Shown: positions 42,667-51,310, counted from the stretch's first letter. The stretch: DNA of 64,000 nucleotides from Microvirga sp. (GCA_041913065.1 JAYSGD010000020.1:1354-65353); one strand, 5' to 3'. Made by a program: numbers and translations. Notes: generated by a model not told the origin, from the letters alone.

Positions 42667-43512
42667 ATGGCCAACGACCGTTATCGCTATGATCCGGACC
42701 GCGACGAGGACGGCTACATCGCCCGCCGCGGCTTCGGGAATGAGCGTGCAGGCTACGACCGCGACCGCACCCGCGACGAGGGGCCTGCGAGAGGCCGCGA
42801 GCGTGATTTCGGAGATTCCGCCGGCTACGGCACGGGCGGCTCGGCCCGCGACTGGCGCGACGTGGTCGGGGACAGCGACTATGACCGCTCCGTCTTCGGC
42901 ATGGATCGCTCGCGGGATACGGGCTACGGGCGGGACTATTCCAGCTCGCCATCCTACAGCCATACCCGGGAGCGCCACGGCAGCCGCTACGGCTCGGACA
43001 GCTTCGGACGCGGCTCGCGGGATTACAACGAGGATCGCGGCTTCTTCGAGCGGGCCGGCGACGAGGTCCGTTCCTGGTTCGGCGATGAGGATGCCGAGCG
43101 CCGCCGCGACCGCGACCTGCGCGAGGCAGGCTACCATCGCGGGCGCGGCCCCAAGGGCTATCAGCGGTCCGACGCTCGGATCACGGAGGACGTCAACGAC
43201 CGCCTGACCGATGATCCGCATGTCGATGCATCGGAGATCGAGGTGTCGGTGAAGGACCGCGAAGTCACCCTGACCGGCACCGTCAACAGCCGGTTCGAGA
43301 AGCGCCATGCGGAAGATCTCGCGGAATCCGTTTCCGGCGTCTCGCATGTGCAGAACAACCTGCGCGTCCAGCAATATGCGGATGCGGGCATGGGCGGCGC
43401 CATGAGTTCCGGCGCGGCCGCGGCCGGTGCCGGCAGCACGAGCTCGGTTGAAGGCAACATGACCGGCGTCCCGCAGACGAATCGTGGTCCGCGCACGAAA
43501 TCAAGCCTGTAG
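42667..43512 (+). CDS. SWFGD / BON domain stress protein
   Basis: An RD/G-rich N-terminal half contains SWFGDEDAERRR. The C-terminal BON domain is ITEDVNDRLTDDPHVDASEIEVSVKDREVTLTGTV...VSHVQNNLRV. Confidence 0.8.
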   Translation: MANDRYRYDPDRDEDGYIARRGFGNERAGYDRDRTRDEGPARGRERDFGDSAGYGTGGSARDWRDVVGDSDYDRSVFGMDRSRDTGYGRDYSSSPSYSHTRERHGSRYGSDSFGRGSRDYNEDRGFFERAGDEVRSWFGDEDAERRRDRDLREAGYHRGRGPKGYQRSDARITEDVNDRLTDDPHVDASEIEVSVKDREVTLTGTVNSRFEKRHAEDLAESVSGVSHVQNNLRVQQYADAGMGGAMSSGAAAAGAGSTSSVEGNMTGVPQTNRGPRTKSSL

Positions 43513-43666
43513 CCGCCTGGGAAAGGATTGAACTTTCCTCGGAAAAACGCCTGATTTCCAACCCTGCGCCCTGCTCCCCCCGGGAGCGGGGCGTTTCAGT
43601 TTTGGCCCCCCTGCCTTTTCCTGCAATAGTGCGCCCCCATATGTGACAGGGAGGACGAGGACGATA

Positions 43667-44041
43667 ATGGCAGGAATTTCCGTCACGCTCGAAGGCGACA
43701 ACATTCAGCTTGCGTTCCAGAAAGGTGACCAGTCGACGGCTGTCGTCATGGATCCGCACGCGGCGCGCTCCCTGGTCAAGGCCCTGAGCCAGCTCCTGAT
43801 CGCCATCGGCGAGAACAGCGAAGGAAGCGAGGAAGGCGAGGAGGAACTCGTCGAAGTGACCTCCCAGACCATCGACGTGGGCATGGACGAGCACGGCATG
43901 GCCGTGGTGGCTCTGCAGGCAGGCCTCATGCCGCCCTTCATGCTGCGCCTGAAGGATGACGAGGCCCGGCACATCGCCACGAGCCTCCTCGAAATCCTCA
44001 ACAGCCCCCGGGACGTCCGCACCTCTCACGGCGACCATTGA
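43667..44041 (+). CDS. hypothetical protein (124 aa)
   Basis: GGGAGGA/GAGGA upstream of the ATG. High GC3. No family recognised. Confidence 0.5.
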   Translation: MAGISVTLEGDNIQLAFQKGDQSTAVVMDPHAARSLVKALSQLLIAIGENSEGSEEGEEELVEVTSQTIDVGMDEHGMAVVALQAGLMPPFMLRLKDDEARHIATSLLEILNSPRDVRTSHGDH

Positions 44042-44149
44042 AAACCTTCCGAGACGAAGGGTTCTCAATCCCGCTCTGAAATGATATATCTTTTGCATTC
44101 CCTATGGTCACCTTGACCATTTTCTCGGGAAGGCGAAGGATTTTTTGAG

Positions 44150-45736
44150 ATGTCGGATTGGTCTGCCGGTTATGTTGTGGATGTCGACTATACCCACGGC
44201 TTCTATCAGGAGCTGACCCCCAGCCACCTGAACTTCTGTGCCCTGCTGCATGGGGTCCAGGCGCCCGACCTCGACCAGCCTTCGCTGGCCTATTGCGAAC
44301 TCGGCTGCGGCCAGGGATTCGCGACCAATCTGCTTGCCGCGGCCAACCCGAACATCGAATTCTACGCGACCGACTTCAACCCGGCCCACATCGCGGGAGC
44401 CAGGGCCCTGGCCCGATCCACGCGCTCGCCGAACGTCCACTTCTTCGACGACAGCTTCGCCGACTTCATCCATCGCAAGGACCTGCCGGATTTCGACTAC
44501 ATCACGTTGCACGGCATCTACAGCTGGATCTCGCCGGAGAACCGCAAGGCCATCGTGGATTTCATCCGCCTCAAGCTGAAGCCCGGCGGCCTCGTGTACA
44601 TCTCCTACAATGCCATGCCGGGGTGGGCCTCCATGATGCCGCTTCGCCGCCTCATGCTGGAGCACGCGGCGTCTCAAGGCACGTCCGCTTCGCTTCACTC
44701 CCGCATCGCCGCATCGCTCGATTTCGCAAGCCGATTGCAGGGACTCGATACGCACTTCTTCGCCAATCATCCCAGGCTCGAGAAGCGGATCGAGAAGCTG
44801 AAGCAGCAGGACCGCAACTACGTCGCTCATGAATATTTCAATCAGGACCTGACGCCGTTCTACTTCATGGATGTGGCGCGGGAGTTGAGCGATGCGAAGC
44901 TCTCCTTTCTCGGTTCCGCCGCGGTCATCGACACTATCGAGAAGCTCAATCTCACGCAGGAGCAGGTGAAGTTCCTGGCCGATATCGATGACCGCGCGCT
45001 GCGCGAGACGGTCAGGGATCACATGATCGACCAGCAGTTCCGTCGCGACATCTTCGTCAAGGGAGCCGTGCGTCTCTCGCCCGGGCAAGCACGCGGAAAA
45101 TGGGACGAGACCCGTTTCATCGCCATGCAGCGGCACCAGGACGCCAAGTATGAGCTTCAAGGCATGCGCTTTACCGCCAGACTGGAAGAGGCGGTCTACA
45201 AGCCTGTGATCGAAGCGCTCGAACAAGGACCGCTTTCCCTCGCTGCCCTGACGAAGCATCCCGCCCTGTCCAAGATCAATCCCAATCGATTGATCCAGGC
45301 CATCACCTTCCTGGCGGCGAAGAGCGCTCTCCGGCCTTGCCTGTCCGAGCAGGGACTTCCCGAGCGCAGGTTCCGGACGGATCTCTTCAACCAAGCCATC
45401 GCGGAGCAGGCCCTTCACGACAACCGGTATTCCTATTTCGCATCGCCCGTCACCGGCGGCGGCATCGGCCTGGAGCGGACGGCGCAGCTGATCGCGCTCG
45501 CCAAAAGCCGAAAGGAAAAGGATGCGCTTCGCTTCGTCCGGGATGCCTTGCAGCAGACAGGCTACCGTCTCATGAAGGATGGCAAGATTCTCACCGACGA
45601 AGCTGAGATTCTGGCCGAGTATGGCAAGCGCATCGAGATATACGACGAGAAAAGCGCCTCCCTATGGAAGGCGCTCGGAATCGACGATTTCCGCGCGACC
45701 TCCAAGGCGCCGGAAGCTCGCAAGCGGACGGCCTGA
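44150..45736 (+). CDS. SAM-dependent methyltransferase with C-terminal 'methyltransferase regulatory' domain
   Basis: 528 aa. SAM motif I is YCELGCGQG and motif II-like is ITLHGIYSWI. The large C-terminal domain resembles the MethyTransf_Reg type. The assignment is from memory. Confidence 0.7.
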   Translation: MSDWSAGYVVDVDYTHGFYQELTPSHLNFCALLHGVQAPDLDQPSLAYCELGCGQGFATNLLAAANPNIEFYATDFNPAHIAGARALARSTRSPNVHFFDDSFADFIHRKDLPDFDYITLHGIYSWISPENRKAIVDFIRLKLKPGGLVYISYNAMPGWASMMPLRRLMLEHAASQGTSASLHSRIAASLDFASRLQGLDTHFFANHPRLEKRIEKLKQQDRNYVAHEYFNQDLTPFYFMDVARELSDAKLSFLGSAAVIDTIEKLNLTQEQVKFLADIDDRALRETVRDHMIDQQFRRDIFVKGAVRLSPGQARGKWDETRFIAMQRHQDAKYELQGMRFTARLEEAVYKPVIEALEQGPLSLAALTKHPALSKINPNRLIQAITFLAAKSALRPCLSEQGLPERRFRTDLFNQAIAEQALHDNRYSYFASPVTGGGIGLERTAQLIALAKSRKEKDALRFVRDALQQTGYRLMKDGKILTDEAEILAEYGKRIEIYDEKSASLWKALGIDDFRATSKAPEARKRTA

Positions 45737-45769
45737 ACCGGCATCACTGCCTTTAAGCTAGGCCGCCAC

Positions 45770-45794
45770 GGAACTTCATTACTGCCATGCGGTT
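45770..45794 (+). promoter_or_regulatory. EcfG-like promoter, near match (GGAAC-N16-GGTT)
   Basis: GGAACttcattactgccatgcGGTT, 43 nt upstream of the ATG at 45837. Confidence 0.45.
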
Positions 45795-45836
45795 GTCGAA
45801 CGCGGGTCATTACCGGCCGCGCTTTGGACAAGGCTC

Positions 45837-46652
45837 ATGGCAGTTCACGATCCAGAACTCATTTCCAGCGCTCATCCCGGCGTTCCGATGATGGACGCCA
45901 AGGCGGAGCCGACCCTCAAGCACCCGGAATCCGAGGCGTTCTATGCCGAGGCGCTGCGTGAGCTGAACCAGCTCGGCCTGCCTTTCCTGCTGGCGGGAAC
46001 CTATGCGCTCTCCGCCTATACGGGCATCACGCGGCCGACCAAGGATCTCGATATCTTCTGCAAGGCGGGCGACTACACCCGCGTCCTCTCGCATTTCAAG
46101 AATATCGGGTACTCGGTCGAGATCGAGGACGATCGTTGGCTCGGCAAGGTTTTCAAGGGCAAGTATTTCTTCGACGTGATCTTCGCCTCCTCGAACGGTA
46201 CTATGCCCATCGGCGACCAGTGGTTCGAGCATGCGCGGCAGATCGAAGTCTTCGGATCGCCGGTCCGCATCGTCGGCCCCACCGAACTCGTCTGGTCGAA
46301 ATGCTTCATCCAGCTGCGCCACCGTTATGACGGCGCCGATGTCGCTCACACGATCTTGAAGGCGCATGACCAGATCGACTGGCATGGCCTGCTCGCCTAC
46401 ATGGAAGTGCATTGGGAAGTGCTTCTCATGCATCTTCTCAACTTCCGCTGGATCTATCCATCCGAGCGCGACAAGGTTCCGCGCTGGGTCATGGATGAGC
46501 TTCTCGACAGGCTTGCCAAGCAGCTGGACCTGCCGCCGCCGCAGATGAAGGTCTGCCGTGGGCGCATGTTCTCCCGTGTCGATTACGAGATCGACGTCAA
46601 GCAGTGGGGCTTCGCTGATGTCGGCGGCGAAGGTGAATGGCGGAATGAGTGA
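45837..46652 (+). CDS. Pol-beta-superfamily nucleotidyltransferase-fold protein (uncharacterised)
   Basis: 271 aa. The NTase signature is LLAGTYALSAYTGITRPTKDLDIF (G[ST]-x14-DxD), with a downstream third acidic residue in FFDVIF. I cannot name a subfamily. Confidence 0.55.
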   Translation: MAVHDPELISSAHPGVPMMDAKAEPTLKHPESEAFYAEALRELNQLGLPFLLAGTYALSAYTGITRPTKDLDIFCKAGDYTRVLSHFKNIGYSVEIEDDRWLGKVFKGKYFFDVIFASSNGTMPIGDQWFEHARQIEVFGSPVRIVGPTELVWSKCFIQLRHRYDGADVAHTILKAHDQIDWHGLLAYMEVHWEVLLMHLLNFRWIYPSERDKVPRWVMDELLDRLAKQLDLPPPQMKVCRGRMFSRVDYEIDVKQWGFADVGGEGEWRNE

Positions 46653-47379
46653 CGAACAAGAGCTTGTGCAAGAACGCATGACGGTCGCCGCGATGGGCGA
46701 CCTTCACGTTCGCGAAGACAACTGGGTTTCGTATCGCGATCTGTTCGGCGAAATCTCCAGGGAAGCCGATGTTCTCGTACTGACCGGCGATCTGACCGAT
46801 CTCGGCAAGCCGAAGGAAGCCGAGCTGCTCGCGCAGGACATCAAGGCCTGCTCCATTCCCGTCGTCGGCGTACTCGGCAATCACGACTATGAATGTGGCG
46901 CGGCGGAAGAAGTCTCGCAGATCCTGCGCGACGCGGGAATGAAGCTGCTCGATGGACAATCCGTCGAGATCGACGGCGTCGGCTTCGTCGGCGTCAAAGG
47001 CTTTGCCGGCGGCTTCGGACGGCGCATGCTCGGCTCGTTCGGCGAGCCCGCCATCAAGCAATTCGTGGCGGAAACCATGAACGAGACGTTGCGGCTCGAG
47101 AATGCCATGCGCCAAGTTCGCGCCAAGCGTTCGATGGTTATTCTTCACTACGCGCCGATCGTCGAAACCATCGAGAGCGAACCGTTGGAGATCTATCCCT
47201 TCCTCGGTTCATCGCGTCTCGCTGAAACCATCGACCGCTTCAAGGTCAACGCCATCGTTCACGGTCACGCGCATCGCGGCCGGTACGAGGGGCGCACGCC
47301 CGGCGGCCAGCCCGTCTACAATGTCGCGCGGCATATCGAGAAGCCAACCGGCAAGCCATATGCGCTGATCGAAATCTGA
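46645..47379 (+). CDS. metallophosphoesterase (calcineurin-like)
   Basis: MSDEQ... start overlaps the upstream stop by 8 nt. Motifs GDLH, GDLTD, GNHD, HYAP and VHGHAH are present. Confidence 0.8.
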   Translation: MSDEQELVQERMTVAAMGDLHVREDNWVSYRDLFGEISREADVLVLTGDLTDLGKPKEAELLAQDIKACSIPVVGVLGNHDYECGAAEEVSQILRDAGMKLLDGQSVEIDGVGFVGVKGFAGGFGRRMLGSFGEPAIKQFVAETMNETLRLENAMRQVRAKRSMVILHYAPIVETIESEPLEIYPFLGSSRLAETIDRFKVNAIVHGHAHRGRYEGRTPGGQPVYNVARHIEKPTGKPYALIEI

Positions 47380-47431
47380 TCCGCAAAGACCAGCGGGCCG
47401 CAGAATATGCGGCCCGCTGGTCTTTTCATCA

Positions 47432-47653
47432 TCACATACGCGGTCCCGGATCGGTCGGATTGCCCGGCAGATAGTCGGGCTCGAAGCCTGGCCCTTTCGG
47501 GTCCGTAATGCCCGGATCGTCCACGGGATAAGGCGTGCGCGGACCCGTGGGGCCGATATCGGGCTGTTCGTCGGGAACGGTCCCTGGCGGCACTTCGCTG
47601 GGAATGTTGCCGCCCGGCATCGGATCGTTCGTCGGCATTCCTGGATTGGCCAT
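47432..47653 (-). CDS. small proline-rich hypothetical protein (73 aa)
   Basis: GAGGAAG Shine-Dalgarno upstream. MANPGMPTNDPMPGGNIPSEVPPGTVPDEQPDIGPTGPRTPYPVDDPGITDPKGPGFEPDYLPGNPTDPGPRM. Confidence 0.5.
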   Translation of the reverse strand: MANPGMPTNDPMPGGNIPSEVPPGTVPDEQPDIGPTGPRTPYPVDDPGITDPKGPGFEPDYLPGNPTDPGPRM

Positions 47654-47687
47654 AAGTCTTCCTCGATTTCTCTTCGTTGATGAGGTC

Positions 47688-47712
47688 AACAGGCCAGTGC
47701 ATGAGGGGTTCC
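47688..47712 (-). promoter_or_regulatory. EcfG-like promoter, near match (GGAAC-N16-TGTT)
   Basis: On the minus strand GGAAC (47712-47708), N16, TGTT (47691-47688), about 35 nt upstream of the Pro-rich ORF. Confidence 0.3.
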
Positions 47713-47729
47713 CGATCAGCGCAAGCGCC

Positions 47730-47754
47730 GGAACCCTCTCACGTCTCATCCGTT
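47730..47754 (+). promoter_or_regulatory. EcfG-dependent promoter
   Basis: GGAACcctctcacgtctcatcCGTT is a perfect GGAAC-N16-CGTT, 36 nt upstream of the DJ-1/PfpI ATG. Confidence 0.7.
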
Positions 47755-47789
47755 CGCACATATTCCTCTCAAAAATCATGGAGTGCGAC

Positions 47790-48371
47790 ATGCCTGACAT
47801 CAAAGAGGCGAACATCCTCATCATGGCGACCGATGGCTTCGAGCAATCGGAGCTGATGGTGCCGCAGAAGAAGCTCTCGGAGGCAGGCGCGAAGGTCGAG
47901 ATCGCCGCGCCGAAATCGCGCATGAGCCAGGGTGAAATCCGCGGCTGGGACGAGAAGGACTGGGGCAAGAGCGTGAAGGTCGACAAGGATATCGAGAGCG
48001 TCGATCCGTCTGCCTATGACGCGCTCGTTCTGCCCGGCGGCCAGATCAACCCCGACAAGCTGCGCGCGGAAGGGAAAGCCATCGAGATCATCCGTGCCTT
48101 CTATTCCTCCGGCAAGGTTGTTGCCGCAATCTGCCATGCTCCGTGGCTGCTCATCGAGGCGGGCGTGATCAAGGGCAAGAAGTGCACGTCCTATCATTCG
48201 ATCAAGACCGACGTGACGAATGCCGGCGGGCAGTGGCGCGATGAGACAGTGGTGACGGATGAGGGACTGATCACCAGCCGCAACCCCGGCGACCTCGACG
48301 CCTTCGTGAGCAAGATCATCGAGGAAGTGCGCGAGGGCTCGCATGCGAACCGGCGAGATGCGGCGGAGTAA
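47790..48371 (+). CDS. DJ-1/PfpI-family type 1 glutamine amidotransferase-like protein
   Basis: ILIMATDGFEQSEL, the nucleophile elbow AAICHAPWLL and GLITSRNPGDL are present. GGAG lies 8 nt upstream. Confidence 0.9.
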   Translation: MPDIKEANILIMATDGFEQSELMVPQKKLSEAGAKVEIAAPKSRMSQGEIRGWDEKDWGKSVKVDKDIESVDPSAYDALVLPGGQINPDKLRAEGKAIEIIRAFYSSGKVVAAICHAPWLLIEAGVIKGKKCTSYHSIKTDVTNAGGQWRDETVVTDEGLITSRNPGDLDAFVSKIIEEVREGSHANRRDAAE

Positions 48372-48393
48372 CCGCGCCTCACGTTGCACAACG

Positions 48394-48430
48394 AAAAACG
48401 GCCGGTCGCTATGACCGGCCGTTTCTTTTT
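48394..48430. terminator. bidirectional Rho-independent terminator
   Basis: AAAAACGGCCGGTC gctat GACCGGCCGTTTCTTTTT lies between convergent genes. Confidence 0.75.
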
Positions 48431-48446
48431 GCATCGGACTTAGGCT

Positions 48447-49499
48447 TTAAGCCTGTTGGATCGCGGAGATCTTCCAGGCGCCGCCCTGATCGCGGCGGAA
48501 GGTCCAGAGCTCGGTCGCTTCCTGCGGCTGATCCGGATTGCCCTCGACGACGCGGCCCGTCGTCCTGTCGGTCAGCACATCGATCAGCGAGAAGCGCATG
48601 GCAACCGTGGCATAATCGGTGCTGCCTTCACGCCAAGCCTCTGACAGGTCGCCCTGGAGCAGGCGCACATCGGAGAGCTTGTTGCCGACGCCGCGCGCGG
48701 CGTTGTCGTTCAACTCTTCCTGGATGTAGCCCGCCATCTCGGGCGTCGCCAACGTCCAGAGCTTCGCGACATTCTCGCGGGAATAGGCATCCTGCAGCTC
48801 GACAAGCGAACGCTCGAAATCGGCATAGTCCTTTTCACCGATGCCAATCTCGTCGCGCACATCCGTGCGCTGGCGCTGGTTCAATCCGCCGAGTGCGCCG
48901 CCGAGGCCACCGCCAAGACCGCCTCCAAGACCACCACCAAGCGCGCTACCGCCCATCATGCCGCCGATGCCGCCTGCGGGGCGGCCACCCGTCGGCGGGA
49001 CGCTGCCGCCGGTCGCCGAGCGGTTATAGCTCTGCGGCCCGGCATAGGCCGGTTCCTGACGACGGCGGAACCACTTCATGGCGAAGGAGACCAGCAGGAC
49101 CACCAGGCCGATCTGCAGCAGCAGGCCCAGGATCGAAGCGAGGCCGCCGAGGCCGCCGAAGAAGCCGTTGCCCATGAGCATGCCGAGCAGGCCCGCGCCG
49201 AAGAGGCCGGCCATCAGGCCCGTGCCGAAGCCGAAGCGCCGCGGCTGCGCCACGTTCGGGGCGGGGGTGCCCGGACGGTTCATCTGCGGGCCCTGGTTCG
49301 GAACCTGCGAGCGCTGGATCGGAGCGGCGGCATCCGGCGCGGTGCGGGTCGCCGGCGGCGGCGTATAGGTGCGCGCGCCGCGCGAGCCGAAGCTGCCGCC
49401 TCCTCGGCCGACGCGAGCCTCGGCGGCGCTGCCGGCGAGTATCAGCGCGGCGGCCAGCCCGATCATGACGCGACTTCGGCGAGAAGCAATTTTCATCAT
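48447..49499 (-). CDS. Tim44-like domain membrane protein
   Basis: Signal/TM segment, then a Gly-rich linker, then the C-terminal Tim44-like fold (ATPEMAGYIQEEL...TELWTFRRDQGGAWKISAIQ). The start is uncertain (49499, 49496 or 49514). Confidence 0.75.
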   Translation of the reverse strand: MMKIASRRSRVMIGLAAALILAGSAAEARVGRGGGSFGSRGARTYTPPPATRTAPDAAAPIQRSQVPNQGPQMNRPGTPAPNVAQPRRFGFGTGLMAGLFGAGLLGMLMGNGFFGGLGGLASILGLLLQIGLVVLLVSFAMKWFRRRQEPAYAGPQSYNRSATGGSVPPTGGRPAGGIGGMMGGSALGGGLGGGLGGGLGGALGGLNQRQRTDVRDEIGIGEKDYADFERSLVELQDAYSRENVAKLWTLATPEMAGYIQEELNDNAARGVGNKLSDVRLLQGDLSEAWREGSTDYATVAMRFSLIDVLTDRTTGRVVEGNPDQPQEATELWTFRRDQGGAWKISAIQQA

Positions 49500-49632
49500 C
49501 GTTTCGTTTTCCATCCCTTTGGAATCGTTGGAGCACGACGCTCTTGCTCTCCATGTAGTGACGGCCCGCCTCCTGCAAAAGAGGCGAGCCATCGTTCCTG
49601 GCGTTATCGTGAAGGAAAATCGGCTGGATTTT

Positions 49633-49884
49633 TCAGCCTTGTCGCTCCTGCCTCAGCTGATCGATCCGCTTCGAGGCTTCGGCCTTGTCGAGTTTGGGAT
49701 CATAGGCGTCGGGATCATGCGCCTGCTCGGAGAGGGTCTTCAGGTAGGATGCCTGCGCTCCGGTCATCGGCTCATGGCCGCTTACCCATTCCTCCGGGTC
49801 CTTGATCTGGTTGTCCACGGGTGTCGGATTTGCCTTGGGATTATCGATGTCCTTCGCCTTGCGCGCCTTGGTGTCGGAAGACAT
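49633..49884 (-). CDS. DUF3072 domain protein
   Basis: 83 aa. EPMTGAQASYLKTLSEQAHDPDAYDPKLDKAEASKRIDQL. GGAG Shine-Dalgarno upstream. Confidence 0.7.
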   Translation of the reverse strand: MSSDTKARKAKDIDNPKANPTPVDNQIKDPEEWVSGHEPMTGAQASYLKTLSEQAHDPDAYDPKLDKAEASKRIDQLRQERQG

Positions 49885-49898
49885 AGGAGACTCCTATT

Positions 49899-49913
49899 GT
49901 TCTCATTTTGTTC
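49899..49913. promoter_or_regulatory. LexA (SOS) box
   Basis: GTTCTCATTTTGTTC is a perfect GTTC-N7-GTTC, 15 nt from the DUF3072 start codon in the divergent intergenic region. Confidence 0.65.
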
Positions 49914-50027
49914 TGGAACGAGAACACCGGATTCAGGCCATTGGTTCCGCAAAGGAAAGAGTGGCTACTCCCGCGGACTCATCCCCGTTATCCACAGAAG
50001 TCACGCTCGACTCCCCGCCAAGCTTAT

Positions 50028-50042
50028 GTTCTTATTTTGTTC
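50028..50042 (+). promoter_or_regulatory. LexA (SOS) box
   Basis: GTTCTTATTTTGTTC is a perfect match, 24 nt upstream of the GTG start of the Y-family polymerase. Confidence 0.7.
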
Positions 50043-50065
50043 ACACGCAAGACGAGCGAGCAACG

Positions 50066-51310
50066 GTGCGCAAGCCAACTGGCCTGGAGCGGCTTTATGT
50101 CGACTTCGACTCCTTCTTCGCCAGCGCCGAGCAGCATCTCCAATCGCATCTGCGCGGCCGGCCGGTGGGCGTCATTCCGGTCGACTCGGAGCATACCGGG
50201 CTGATCGCGGTCAGCCGGGAGGCCAAGGCGCTCGGCATCAAGCGCGGGGCTTTCGTCCGCGATATCCGGCGTCAATGGCCGGGTGTGATTCTCGTGACGG
50301 CCCGGCACGAGGTTTACGTGGAGCTTCACAAGGCGATCTGCAAAGCCATCGAGACGGTCGTGCCCGTCAAGGCCGTCTGCTCCATCGATGAAATGCTCTG
50401 CGCGCTCCTGCCCTCGGAGCAGGCGCAAGCGATAGCCATCGGCCGCAGGGTGAAGGACACCATCGCCACTCTGATCGGCCCCACCCTCACCTGCTCCGTG
50501 GGCCTTGGGCCAAACGATCTGCTCGCCAAGATCGCCGCCGAAATGGAAAAGCCCGACGGGCTCGTCGCCATCCACCCGAGCGACCTTCCCGACCGTCTCC
50601 TGTCGCTCGACCTCACCGACATCCCCGGCATCGCCAAGGGCAACGCGGCCCGCCTCGCCCGCGCCGGCGTCGGGGACGTGGCGGCGCTTCTGAAGCTTCA
50701 GCCCAAGGAGCTGCGCCGTCTCTGGGGCAGCGTGGAGGGCGAAAGGCTCTGGATGGGGCTGCACGGCTACACGGTGGAGCGGCCCGAAACGCAGCGCCGC
50801 ATGTTCGGCCATGGCCGCGTGCTGCCGGCCGATTGGCGGCATCTGGGCGGCGCCTATGCCGCCGCCCGCGTCCTGCTGATGAAAGCCTCGCGCCGCATGC
50901 GCCGCTCGGGCTTCGCCGCCCGCGCGCTCGCCCTGTGGCTCACCGACAGGCACAGCGCCGGCTGGTATGGCGAAGAACGGTTTCTCGCGACCTGGGACGA
51001 CCCCTCGTTTCTCGCCTCCTTGAGCCGCCTCTTCCTCCATGCGGAACGGGAGGGCATGGGCCGGAGCCGCAGCGTTCACATCACCCTGCACGATCTGGTG
51101 CCCATGCGCGACATCGAGCAGGATCTGTTCGGCTACACGGCCGAGGCGCAGCTCAAGCGGCGCATGGAATACCTGTCGGCGGTCGCGGACAGGCTCAATA
51201 CGGCACACCAGAAGACGCTTCTGCACTGGGGCCCGCTCATCGACATTCCCGGCGGCTATGCGGGCGCGAAGATCGCGTTCAACCGCATTCCCGACGCGGA
51301 GGACTTTTGA
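50066..51310 (+). CDS. Y-family (DinB/ImpB-type) translesion DNA polymerase
   Basis: GTG start chosen downstream of the LexA box. The catalytic motif is LYVDFDSFFASAEQ. Also contains SIDEMLC and a little-finger region. The N-terminal 88 codons of the track ORF are rejected. Confidence 0.85.
   Translation: MRKPTGLERLYVDFDSFFASAEQHLQSHLRGRPVGVIPVDSEHTGLIAVSREAKALGIKRGAFVRDIRRQWPGVILVTARHEVYVELHKAICKAIETVVPVKAVCSIDEMLCALLPSEQAQAIAIGRRVKDTIATLIGPTLTCSVGLGPNDLLAKIAAEMEKPDGLVAIHPSDLPDRLLSLDLTDIPGIAKGNAARLARAGVGDVAALLKLQPKELRRLWGSVEGERLWMGLHGYTVERPETQRRMFGHGRVLPADWRHLGGAYAAARVLLMKASRRMRRSGFAARALALWLTDRHSAGWYGEERFLATWDDPSFLASLSRLFLHAEREGMGRSRSVHITLHDLVPMRDIEQDLFGYTAEAQLKRRMEYLSAVADRLNTAHQKTLLHWGPLIDIPGGYAGAKIAFNRIPDAEDF

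Noticed and set aside
49913-49926. Extra GTTC/GAAC half-sites (GTTCTGGAACGAGAAC) right after the 49899 LexA box, as a third LexA site.
   Set aside because: The spacing (N8, inverted orientation) does not fit the direct-repeat GTTC-N7-GTTC rule.
49988-49996. Perfect DnaA box as a sign of a replication origin.
   Set aside because: It is a single box with no AT-rich unwinding element or box cluster. The gene context (no hemE, dnaA or parAB) is not origin-like. My rough estimate gives a chance occurrence of about 0.1 per window. It is mentioned only as part of the SOS promoter finding.
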